This document shows positions 1 to 8,301 of a DNA stretch of 39,604 nucleotides, piece after piece. How positions within the stretch are numbered: position 1 is the first letter of the stretch; each line of letters opens with the position of its first letter. Both the position numbers and the translations under genes were made by a program. The notes under the pieces were generated by a model. The model had not been told where the DNA came from and ran no database searches. It saw only the letters and a program-made list of their open reading frames with translations. Origin of the DNA: an uncultured Pseudomonadota bacterium (GTDB taxonomy: Bacteria > SAR324 > NAC60-12); contig CAJWCD010000011.1 in assembly GCA_913020725.1 (NCBI GenBank), forward strand, positions 1-39,604, in the 5' to 3' direction.

Positions 1-1651
1 TACCGTTGCCGAAGGCCAGGTGAGTGAGCGGAGCGAGTTCCTCAGTGATGGTGTAAGAGCCGCTTTCATTATCAATCGTGGTGACAAAGCTTAAGTTGTC
101 CGGGATTTCGCCGATGTGACTCCATGCCGAACCATCGGAAGACTGGAAGATCCTACTGGTGTTGTCTAAAGCCAGAACACGGTTGCCGTCATAAAGAACA
201 GCCGTCGGCATCGGAGTGATTTCAGGAGTTTGGGGTAGTTCAATCACCGAATTTTCAGGTCCTTCCTTCCAGGTCAGGCCGTCTCCGGAATAATAAATTT
301 GGGACTGGAACGCCTCGTATACAGGAATATATTGGTTCCCCACTTCAGGAGCATATTCATTCTGAACTCCAGCTGCCGACGCATCCATGGTCAAAAACCT
401 TGGAATCCTGTTGTTTTCCGCAACAAGAGTTCCTCCCGAGCTGCAATTTACTCCGTCGCAGAGGATCGGTTGCTGGTAGGCATAGGCAATCAGTTCCATC
501 GAGACAGTGGTCGAACCCTCGACCCCATTCACACAGGTACCCGCATGACCCGGCATGTCCTCACAGACGGTGACCCGGAGAATCCCGTCATCGCCGTCAC
601 GGTATCCCTGCATCACTGTTTGAATGTGTCCTAATCCCACATTGGCCCTGTTGTCATCGGTCAGTTCCGTGTAGACCGATGAATCAAAGATTCGCATTCC
701 GCCTCCGATGTACTCCCAGTGGGCCACCATCCGGCTGAAGTTCTCATCGTCACTGACCAACAAGGTCCACTGCAGACTTGAATCACCTGTTCGTTCGGCA
801 CTGATGCTTTCAATCACCGGATTCGTGTCAACGATGCTTTGTGAATCAATCGGGCCCGTGATGTAAGTGTTGAATGTTGAAGACACTCCGATTTCCAAAT
901 CGTTCGACACCCGCACCTGAAGATGCTGGACACTGATATTGTCGGGCGCAGTGTAAGTGGTGGCGATCTCGGAATAACCGGAGCCATTGTCGCTCTGAGT
1001 TCCTGTTGCAGGATTGAAGGCACCTCCCAACGATCCACTGAGCGGCACACCAGTTTGTTCGTCAATGGATCGAAAACGGTAGTGAATCGGTGCCTGATCG
1101 CTGTTTGTGACAGAAATCTGGATGGAGTCACTCGTGTTCTTTTCCATCTGGAATGGACGGTTGATTTTTGTGATTCTCGGTACGCTCAACTCCCGTTCAT
1201 CCAGCATCGGTGCCATGCGAAGAGCAAGAGAGATGTTGTCGGAATCAATGACTGTTATCGTCGAACCCCGGAAGATCTCAACCAAACTTCCATTGTCGGC
1301 AGTCTTGTAGGCATGACCGGTGATGGAGTACTCAAAACTGAGGATCAAATTGTTGAGTGTTCCCTGCCAAACACCGTTTTGCCGGGTCAGGGTGAAATCC
1401 TCGACAACCCGCCTGCCATCGAATGTTCTGTCAACATCAAGCGCCAACCGCTCAATCTCGTCAAAGGTTCCCAGGAAGCGTTCCGTCCGCGAGGAGCCAC
1501 CGAGGCTCACCTGCAGGGCCACCGGCCCCTGAACTGCTGTTTTCCTGTTTTGTTCCTGCTCCGTGGGCAGGGCACAGGCTGCCAAAAACAGCAGGCTCCC
1601 CAGGGCTGCTGCGAGAATGCTTGTGAGTGTGGAGTTCATCGTTTTTTTCAT
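1..1651 (-). CDS. Large surface lipoprotein with Asp-box (BNR-like) repeats, 3'-truncated by the window edge; absent from ORF track
   Basis: Hand translation: ATG at 1651 preceded by GAGG, MKKTMNSTLTSILAAALGSLLFLAAC (lipobox LAAC), open for 550 codons to the edge. Asp-box-like YSGDGLTW and QSSDGSAW near the edge; 7 D-N-x-S/T motifs. Confidence 0.85.
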   Translation of the reverse strand, partial: MKKTMNSTLTSILAAALGSLLFLAACALPTEQEQNRKTAVQGPVALQVSLGGSSRTERFLGTFDEIERLALDVDRTFDGRRVVEDFTLTRQNGVWQGTLNNLILSFEYSITGHAYKTADNGSLVEIFRGSTITVIDSDNISLALRMAPMLDERELSVPRITKINRPFQMEKNTSDSIQISVTNSDQAPIHYRFRSIDEQTGVPLSGSLGGAFNPATGTQSDNGSGYSEIATTYTAPDNISVQHLQVRVSNDLEIGVSSTFNTYITGPIDSQSIVDTNPVIESISAERTGDSSLQWTLLVSDDENFSRMVAHWEYIGGGMRIFDSSVYTELTDDNRANVGLGHIQTVMQGYRDGDDGILRVTVCEDMPGHAGTCVNGVEGSTTVSMELIAYAYQQPILCDGVNCSSGGTLVAENNRIPRFLTMDASAAGVQNEYAPEVGNQYIPVYEAFQSQIYYSGDGLTWKEGPENSVIELPQTPEITPMPTAVLYDGNRVLALDNTSRIFQSSDGSAWSHIGEIPDNLSFVTTIDNESGSYTITEELAPLTHLAFGNG

Positions 1652-1674
1652 GGGACCCTCTTGGGTTCAGGATT

Positions 1675-1707
1675 AAAACCCCCGGTGCCACCACGGCATC
1701 CGGGGTT
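1675..1707 (-). terminator. Possible intrinsic terminator or attenuator hairpin
   Basis: Minus strand reads CCCCGG-A-TGCC GTGGT GGCA-CCGGGG(G) then TTTT, about 90 nt after the stop at 1796 and about 25 nt before the next ATG. Confidence 0.45.
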
Positions 1708-1795
1708 GATCAAAAACTTGTGATTCCAAGAATGCGATTGCATTGCATCCTCTCGCTTCCACTCCTAGAGTGGATTGCGTCCAGCGCGGGGCGGT

Positions 1796-3565
1796 TCAAC
1801 AACTGCCCGGCGTAATTTTCTGCTCGAACACCGAGGTTCCACCTTCCCCTTGGCCATCGGTGACCCAGACCTTGAAGGTGCCGCTGGTGATGGCAGCCGA
1901 GTATCCGTAAAGCACGGTTGGATTGGTCGTCTCCGATTCGAAGGCATAGCCGAACCAACCCGCCTTCGAGAAATACCAGAGGTAGCGCAGGTCTCCTAGC
2001 GGACCGTCGTCCTTGACCTCTGCCCAGACCGTGAGTTGGGAGGGATTGCTGGTATTGATTTCACAGTGGATTTTTAGAATCACCGGATTGAAGGCAACAC
2101 TGAAAGTTCCTCCTGACGAGGCTATGACTTCAAAGGCAGTGATGCTGAGATTGTCGCTCACATTCCCGGCTTCATCCGTCACATTGAGTTTGCAGTCTGT
2201 GTAAGTGCCGGGGCTGAGGGAGTTGAACGTGATGGTATTGTTGTCGGTATGGGCATTGATGATGTCGCTGCTACAACTCCCGTAATAGCGGATTTTCCCG
2301 ATTTCTGTGGAACTGAAGATGTAGCTTGGCGAGTCTTCCGCCGTGGGTGTGAGAACGGCAAGTACTTCTTGGAGGACGGGTGCGGTGGTGTCCGTCTTGA
2401 CTGCAGAAATGGTGAAGGCGGTCACCGCAAGCGGATCGCTGGCTTTTCCGGAACTGGTGGTCACGGTGATGGTGCAGTTGCTGTGGGTTCCCGCAGCCAA
2501 GGTATTAAAGAAGATGGTGTTGTTTCCGGAGGTTGCATTGTCGGTGTCACTGGAGCAATCCCCGGAATAGCTGATGGTGCCCGCATAGGTCGAGTGGAAG
2601 GTGTAGTCCGGAGTGGGGTTGGTGCCGTTGTCCACGGCGGCCACTTCCGTCAAGACGGGCTTCTTGCCCACCACCGCCGTGATCGTGCTGGTGGCGTTGT
2701 CATTGGCAGTTTCAATATCGCTCACGACATCCTGCTCCACGACCGTGACGGAGTTGTTGTCCGGAATCGCCTGGAACACGCCCTTGCTCAGGGCGTTTTT
2801 GAGGGTTTGCAGCGTGGTGGTGGTGTCCATGCCATACGCATCACTTGTGGTGGGAATCACGTTGGTGTCGGACAGCGAGCGTTTGAGCGCAGTGAAGGCA
2901 ACGGAATCCAGCGAGACGTTGTCGGACTTCAACCCGTCTTCCTTGAAAACCGTGGCAAGGTTGTTGAGCGCGGTGAGTTGTGCGGACGTGCTGCTTGTCA
3001 GTTGGCTCGTCACATGCCAGTAGGTCTCCACGGTTTTGGCGACCCGGAGCAGTTGAGCGGGCACTCCGCTGGGGGAGGCAATGTCGGTGTTCCAACCGCC
3101 GAGGGCATCGAGTTGGGTTTTGAGAGTGGGCTGAGTGACGACCAGTGTCGTCAGCGGGGTCAGGTTCCAACTGCTCTCGGAACTGGTGGGTGCGGGGGTC
3201 ATCATCGGCGCGGCGGCCACCGCGACTCCCTTCGAGTTGAGGTAGGTGCCTCCGGTTGAAACAATCACATAGTTGGCATAACCGACACTGAGGGAAAACT
3301 GCGCGGAGGAGGAGGACGTGGTGCTGACCTCATCGGCATCCAGTTGGAAATTGCCGGTGGTGCTGCCGCTTACTATCTTGTCCGCGATCACGGTGGCCCC
3401 ATGGACATAACCTTGCGACAACTTGCCGGAGACTGCGACCGACGAGGAGGACGCTTGGGGAGCGGTGGAACTGATAGTGACCTCAGTCCCACAGCCGTAG
3501 AGGGTCGCCAGCAGCAACACGCTGGCGGCAACCCGGAGTGCAAACTGGGGTGAGCAGGTGGTCAT
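1796..3565 (-). CDS. Ser/Thr-rich lipoprotein with two tandem Ig-like repeats and a C-terminal beta-rich domain
   Basis: 589 aa; lipobox LYGC; GGAGG RBS upstream; two ~85-aa repeats (PVL.EV..V...Y.F.ST..G.I.Y.G.CSSD...NNTI.FN.L..GT...C...VT). Confidence 0.85.
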   Translation of the reverse strand: MTTCSPQFALRVAASVLLLATLYGCGTEVTISSTAPQASSSSVAVSGKLSQGYVHGATVIADKIVSGSTTGNFQLDADEVSTTSSSSAQFSLSVGYANYVIVSTGGTYLNSKGVAVAAAPMMTPAPTSSESSWNLTPLTTLVVTQPTLKTQLDALGGWNTDIASPSGVPAQLLRVAKTVETYWHVTSQLTSSTSAQLTALNNLATVFKEDGLKSDNVSLDSVAFTALKRSLSDTNVIPTTSDAYGMDTTTTLQTLKNALSKGVFQAIPDNNSVTVVEQDVVSDIETANDNATSTITAVVGKKPVLTEVAAVDNGTNPTPDYTFHSTYAGTISYSGDCSSDTDNATSGNNTIFFNTLAAGTHSNCTITVTTSSGKASDPLAVTAFTISAVKTDTTAPVLQEVLAVLTPTAEDSPSYIFSSTEIGKIRYYGSCSSDIINAHTDNNTITFNSLSPGTYTDCKLNVTDEAGNVSDNLSITAFEVIASSGGTFSVAFNPVILKIHCEINTSNPSQLTVWAEVKDDGPLGDLRYLWYFSKAGWFGYAFESETTNPTVLYGYSAAITSGTFKVWVTDGQGEGGTSVFEQKITPGSC

Positions 3566-3686
3566 TGACCCTCCTGAAGGAGAAAAACCTTCGTGCTGCT
3601 ACGGAAGGGATTCATCCGGAAGAAACTCGACGGTTCCCAACGTCTTGAAAGACGCTCTTGAAACAAAGTAAGAGATTTGGTTCGGA

Positions 3687-3715
3687 AAGATACCACTGCC
3701 TCTGTGGGAATGCAA
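3687..3715 (-). promoter_or_regulatory. Putative sigma70 promoter for the 3565 lipoprotein gene
   Basis: Minus strand TTGCAT-17 bp-TATCTT with an extended -10 TG. Confidence 0.55.
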
Positions 3716-3825
3716 GCCAAAAACTCTCATTTCCGCTATTTCACAATGGGTTTGTCCGGATCCCGGTTCTGTCCGAACAGGGAAAACCAGAAAACAGGCA
3801 GAGCGAAGTGGTGCATCGTCTCGGC

Positions 3826-5745
3826 TCAACTGCTCGGGCACATCAACGAGGAGCGCGACAGGCTCCCGAAGTGAGTGCTGGCGCTGAAGCCCGAGGCGAA
3901 CTTCTGCGTCCCGGTGCTGTTGTCCATGAAGGTCGAATTCGACAGCGAGGTCATGTTGTCCATGAAGGTCGTGTTGCTCAAGGAGTTCTGCGGGTTGATC
4001 GTCGCGTAACTCATGATGGTGTTGTTGTCCACCTGAATGACAAGCACGGGTTGGGGGTCACTGGCCAAAGGCGTGAATCCGGCTTTGAGGTTGTAGGGAC
4101 CATAGGTGAGGTTGTCGCTGAGTCCGGGACCGCTCAGGGTGAGGGTGACGTTTCGGGCCGTGGGACTGCCACCGTCCTTGCCGAATTCCTCGAAATACAC
4201 CAGATAGGTGCCGCCCTCGACCTTGCCGCTGTCGGTGGCCCAGACCTGAGTTTCCGGAGTCCCCGCCGTGGTGCTGTCGCCAATGTGCACCTGCTTGTAA
4301 AGATCGGCGGTGCCGGTCAGGTTCTTCTCTCCGGGAGGGCAGAAGCTGATGTGGTACTGGGTGCCCGGACTGAACCCTGCTGCCGAGGCATTGTCCGTGT
4401 AATTCCAGCTGGGGTAGTAGTAGGTGTGCAGGTCCAGATCCCCGGCCGATTCCCAGTTCAAGTTCAGGCACATGGTGCTGTTGTCAAGGCAGGAGTCGTA
4501 ACTCGCCGTCGCGTTGTCAAGCGTGGTGGAGGTGCCGTCCACGGTTGAGATCACCTGAATGGAGTTGCTGCCATGCGCAAGGCCGAGTTGGTTGCTGGTG
4601 GACGTTTGGTGAACAAATCCGTAACAGCGGTCGGTGTCATCACCGGACATGCAGGTGTCGGTGCCCAGGCAGAACTTGTAGCAGTAGGAGGTGTTGTCCG
4701 AGTCGCTGCTCACGTTGTCCACCAGCGAGAGATTGACGGAGGGCGTGATGGTGGTTTCGGTGCCACCCACGCGCTTGACGGTGAGCGTGGCGATCAGTTG
4801 CGAGACGTTGTCGGCCTTACTCGCAGGCACGTTGAGCCGCAGGTAGCCGGAAATCTCGGCGGTGCGGCGGGTGCCGTTGTCGTTGGCAACGGTGAGGTTG
4901 TCGATGCTCAACCACGAGGAGTTGATCATTTCCGGGGTGAGTTGGACCGCGTAGGTTCGTTCGCCGCTCACCACGTTGGTTTCACTGATGACGAAGGTTT
5001 CCTGAAGCGTCTTGAAGCCGGGCAGCGCAATGGTGGTGGTCAGGGAGGTTCCCCTAGGATCGTAGGAAACGTTGTCCACCACGAGGTGGTAGGTCTTGTT
5101 GTCGCTGCTGAAGTAGCTGCTCGTGTTGTTGTCGCTGGGGAAGGCGTAGGTGGTGGCGTTGTCCGGAAAGCCGGAGGACTGGACGGTGCCCTGTTGCGAG
5201 GTTGTGTTGTCGTAGTAGGAGGCGACCCCTTTGTAAGGTCCGTTTCCATACTTGTCGGTGATCTGGAGCCGGAACTTGGCGTAGAGCATTTCGTACACCG
5301 TGACGATGATGGTGCTGGCGTAGTTTTCTGTGGAGATGGTGAAGGTGTCCGTCTCGCCCGTCGCGTCTGGAGTGGTGGAGGTCGTGCTGGCCTTGTAGAG
5401 GTACACGCAAAGCTTCAGCGCGGTTCCAAGGGGCACAGCGTTGAAGGTTGCCGTGGGGGTGCCCCCCAAAGTGATCGCCACCGCTCCCAAGCTCCCAGTG
5501 TTGCCGGGACTCCCGGAACAGGACGCCACCGGGATCAGCTCGACCGTGGCACGGTTCGAGGTGTTGTCCGCAATCCGCGATGCCTGCCGCAGCAGTGCCG
5601 GGGAATGTGTGTTGGACGCCAAACGCAACCGCACGGTGGCCGTGCCTTCCGATTCGGGCGACAAGTCCCCGCAGCCCACAACGCCCCATGCCAGCAACAG
5701 GGCCAGCGGGACCAGTCTGAAGGGGAAGTGGCGAACGAAACCCAT
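3826..5745 (-). CDS. Ser/Thr-rich lipoprotein with a YfaP/DUF2135-like C-terminal domain
   Basis: 639 aa; lipobox VVGC; LNLNWESAGDLDLH...GTPE...GGTYLVYF resembles the YfaP-type L.W...DLDLH motif; 18 D-N-x-S/T motifs. Confidence 0.85.
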   Translation of the reverse strand: MGFVRHFPFRLVPLALLLAWGVVGCGDLSPESEGTATVRLRLASNTHSPALLRQASRIADNTSNRATVELIPVASCSGSPGNTGSLGAVAITLGGTPTATFNAVPLGTALKLCVYLYKASTTSTTPDATGETDTFTISTENYASTIIVTVYEMLYAKFRLQITDKYGNGPYKGVASYYDNTTSQQGTVQSSGFPDNATTYAFPSDNNTSSYFSSDNKTYHLVVDNVSYDPRGTSLTTTIALPGFKTLQETFVISETNVVSGERTYAVQLTPEMINSSWLSIDNLTVANDNGTRRTAEISGYLRLNVPASKADNVSQLIATLTVKRVGGTETTITPSVNLSLVDNVSSDSDNTSYCYKFCLGTDTCMSGDDTDRCYGFVHQTSTSNQLGLAHGSNSIQVISTVDGTSTTLDNATASYDSCLDNSTMCLNLNWESAGDLDLHTYYYPSWNYTDNASAAGFSPGTQYHISFCPPGEKNLTGTADLYKQVHIGDSTTAGTPETQVWATDSGKVEGGTYLVYFEEFGKDGGSPTARNVTLTLSGPGLSDNLTYGPYNLKAGFTPLASDPQPVLVIQVDNNTIMSYATINPQNSLSNTTFMDNMTSLSNSTFMDNSTGTQKFASGFSASTHFGSLSRSSLMCPSS

Positions 5746-5838
5746 GACATCTTCTGATTTGGCACACCCAAGGGAGGCCAGTGGAAAATTACGCTCGTGT
5801 TACTCAGAGATCTCTTTGATTCAGGACTTACGCAAAAT

Positions 5839-5941
5839 GGCTCCCATGCTTCGCGTGGGAGCCAAGGACTCGCCCGCTTTGCGGTTCAGAACGTGGACGC
5901 AAAGCGTCTGGGGCGGCGTTCCCACGCAAAGCATGGAAACG
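5839..5941. repeat. REP/REPIN-like composite palindromic element
   Basis: Outer palindromes GGCTCCCA-tgcttcgcg-TGGGAGCC and CGTTCCCACGCAAAGCATGGAAACG; inner short palindromes CCGCTTTGCGG and GACGCAAAGCGTC. Confidence 0.7.
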
Positions 5942-5989
5942 ATTTTGGAAAGTTGCGTAAGTCCTGTGATTGATGCTCATGATTTTCAA

Positions 5990-7039
5990 CTACTGAAAAT
6001 TCAACTGCAACTGGATATTGGTTTCCAGCGTCGCTGGAGGTGCCGTGGGAGTCTCGGACACCACTTCTTCAAGCAAATCCAGCAAATCGTCTGCACCCGT
6101 CTCGTCGAGCAGGGCTGCGGTGTCATCGGCTCCCGTGCGACGCTGCTCGGCAATGGCTTCGGTGGTTTCCAAGCTGCCGAATTCCACATCCTCAAAACCC
6201 TCGGTGCCTTCTGATTCCAGAATCTGCGCACGTTCAGCGGCCCCCACTTTCTCCGGCTGTGTCGGGGCAAATCCGCCCTGCACGCGGGAAACCGTGTTTG
6301 CAGGGACGGTGACTTCATGATCCGGCAGATCCGCTGCGGCCACTCCAACCTCGCCTTCCACGGTGAAGACGTTGGTCACGTCTCCCGCCGTGGCGACCAC
6401 GAAATCGGTGCCGCGCACCGCGATAATCGCCGAGACCGTGCGCACCTGAAACCGGGCCATGCGCTTGCGGGGTCCGGGTTGCTTGGCGCCGGAACCGATC
6501 TTGGCCCAGAAGCTCTCTTCCTGCTCGTCTTTCCGTGCTTCCTGCGCTGCAAGGGATTCCGGAAGTCGCAGAGCTTTTCCCACGCCGGGTTGATCTCCGG
6601 ATTTCTGGGACGTTCCCATGCGTTCCTTCAGTCCGAATTTTTGTGGCCCGCCTGCTTGCGGACGCAGCGACTTGAGTGCTGCCTGACGTTCCTCTGTTGC
6701 TTCCGGAGCCGGGGCAACCTTGAAATTGCCCTTGCCCGTGAGCAGGGCAATCTTGGTCTGGCTGGTCGTGACCCCCTTGAAGTGCAGAAAGGCGTTTGAG
6801 AACAACTCGATGACTTCCGACTCCCCGCGCACTGCAACGATGGCCCGCGTGTCCGGACCCGTGTGCAGACGATCTCCGCGCTGCAAACGGTATTTTTCCC
6901 CGACCGAACTCAGAAACTGGCTCCGGCCTTCACGCAACAACTTCACCACGCCCTTCTCCAACCGCAGGGTGCCGCCCTGCGCAAACACGGAAGTGCCGAA
7001 CACGATCAGCAACGACAGCACGGTGAGCATCCGGCGCAT
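5990..7039 (-). CDS. Secreted FecR-domain protein with an internal insertion and acidic tail
   Basis: Signal peptide ending VFA/Q; FecR-type motifs GDRLHTG...A.V and FQVRTVSAIIAVRGTDFVV...VEGEV; starts 1 nt after the upstream stop. Confidence 0.8.
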   Translation of the reverse strand: MRRMLTVLSLLIVFGTSVFAQGGTLRLEKGVVKLLREGRSQFLSSVGEKYRLQRGDRLHTGPDTRAIVAVRGESEVIELFSNAFLHFKGVTTSQTKIALLTGKGNFKVAPAPEATEERQAALKSLRPQAGGPQKFGLKERMGTSQKSGDQPGVGKALRLPESLAAQEARKDEQEESFWAKIGSGAKQPGPRKRMARFQVRTVSAIIAVRGTDFVVATAGDVTNVFTVEGEVGVAAADLPDHEVTVPANTVSRVQGGFAPTQPEKVGAAERAQILESEGTEGFEDVEFGSLETTEAIAEQRRTGADDTAALLDETGADDLLDLLEEVVSETPTAPPATLETNIQLQLNFQ

Positions 7040-7040
7040 G

Positions 7041-8297
7041 TCAATAGCTCCACATCATTTGGACAGCGACCTGGCTCTCGCTGTACGCATTCAACGCTTC
7101 GTTTGAAGACACCTTGATTTGCTTGGCGTAGAGGTCCAGCAGCAGCGACTCGCTCCAGCGGTACTTGACCCCAAAGCCCGACGTGTTACGGCGGTTCCGC
7201 ACCTGAAGTCCAGTGACGGCGTTGGGTTGCTGATACTGCTGGTTGTGGCTCTGGTACTGCAAGTGGGGCGTCCAGCTGCCCCATGTCATCCGCGCACTGC
7301 CTTTCGTGGTGCTGGAACTGGTGTTGTTGCTGGCGTCCGTGAAGGCTCCGGATTTCTGGTCCGCCCCGACCTTTGTGGAAAACCCGCCAAAACGCAGCCG
7401 CAAACCAAGCTCCGAGGAGGTCACGGTGCCCGCGTTGCCCGCGCTTTTTCCAGTCTGCACCTCCACTTGAACTTTTGCAGACGCCACATAGTTCCCTGCA
7501 AACGGCACGTCCACTCCTGTGAAAAAGAACAAACTTCTGGTGCTGGTCTGAAACTCCCCCAAGGTGCTGGGCTTGCTCGTGTCCGTACTCTTGAGACTGA
7601 AGACGCTCTGTCCCAGACCGGTGGTGAGGTTCGTGCCCCACAAGCGTTGGTGGTCGTACTCGAGCGCCAGTTTGCGATAGCCGGTTTCCCGGTTGCTCAG
7701 GGTGCGGTCGAGTTGACGATCCGTCTTGAGGAGGAACTTGAGGGACAAGCCCGCATTCGCCATCAACTTGTAGCGGTACCCGGAGATCAACACGGCGTCG
7801 AGCCGACCAGCAGGTTTTTTTGTGGTCAACTTGTTCGCTTGCAGCATGTTGTCGCTCTGCGTGTAGCCCAGCACAAAGGCAAGGCTCAGCGGATCAATCT
7901 TGAGCTTTTCTTCCTTCATCTCCTGCGTCGTGTAAGTCACCGTAAAGGATTCCTGCTGCTCCGAGGTCTTCGTCTGCACAAAGACCGCAAACTCGTTGTC
8001 GCCCGGCTTGAGCTGGTAGGGCACCTCGAACACCTGCCAGTCCGCCCCCGGACGCACCATCTGCGCGAAGCCGTTGATCTTGACCACCAACAAGGGATCA
8101 AAGGCACTGACCTCCACCACAAACACTCCGTCGGAATGCTTAACCTTGGACGGTGACGTTTGCATGATCAGCGTCTCTGCCACCGTGTCGGAGTTCTCTT
8201 GTGCAAACACTCGATTCTCCATTCCTCCCCACAGCATCAACAAAACCACCAGCGCAACCCAGCCGCGTTGGCACCACCAATCACTGTTGCTCCGCAT
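7041..8297 (-). CDS. Predicted outer-membrane beta-barrel with an N-terminal Ig-like domain
   Basis: Signal peptide (VFA/QE); LKPGDNEFAVFV Ig-like segment; alternating amphipathic strands; C-terminal VAVQMMWSY ending in an aromatic residue. Confidence 0.7.
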   Translation of the reverse strand: MRSNSDWWCQRGWVALVVLLMLWGGMENRVFAQENSDTVAETLIMQTSPSKVKHSDGVFVVEVSAFDPLLVVKINGFAQMVRPGADWQVFEVPYQLKPGDNEFAVFVQTKTSEQQESFTVTYTTQEMKEEKLKIDPLSLAFVLGYTQSDNMLQANKLTTKKPAGRLDAVLISGYRYKLMANAGLSLKFLLKTDRQLDRTLSNRETGYRKLALEYDHQRLWGTNLTTGLGQSVFSLKSTDTSKPSTLGEFQTSTRSLFFFTGVDVPFAGNYVASAKVQVEVQTGKSAGNAGTVTSSELGLRLRFGGFSTKVGADQKSGAFTDASNNTSSSTTKGSARMTWGSWTPHLQYQSHNQQYQQPNAVTGLQVRNRRNTSGFGVKYRWSESLLLDLYAKQIKVSSNEALNAYSESQVAVQMMWSY

Positions 8298-8301
8298 CCG
8301 C

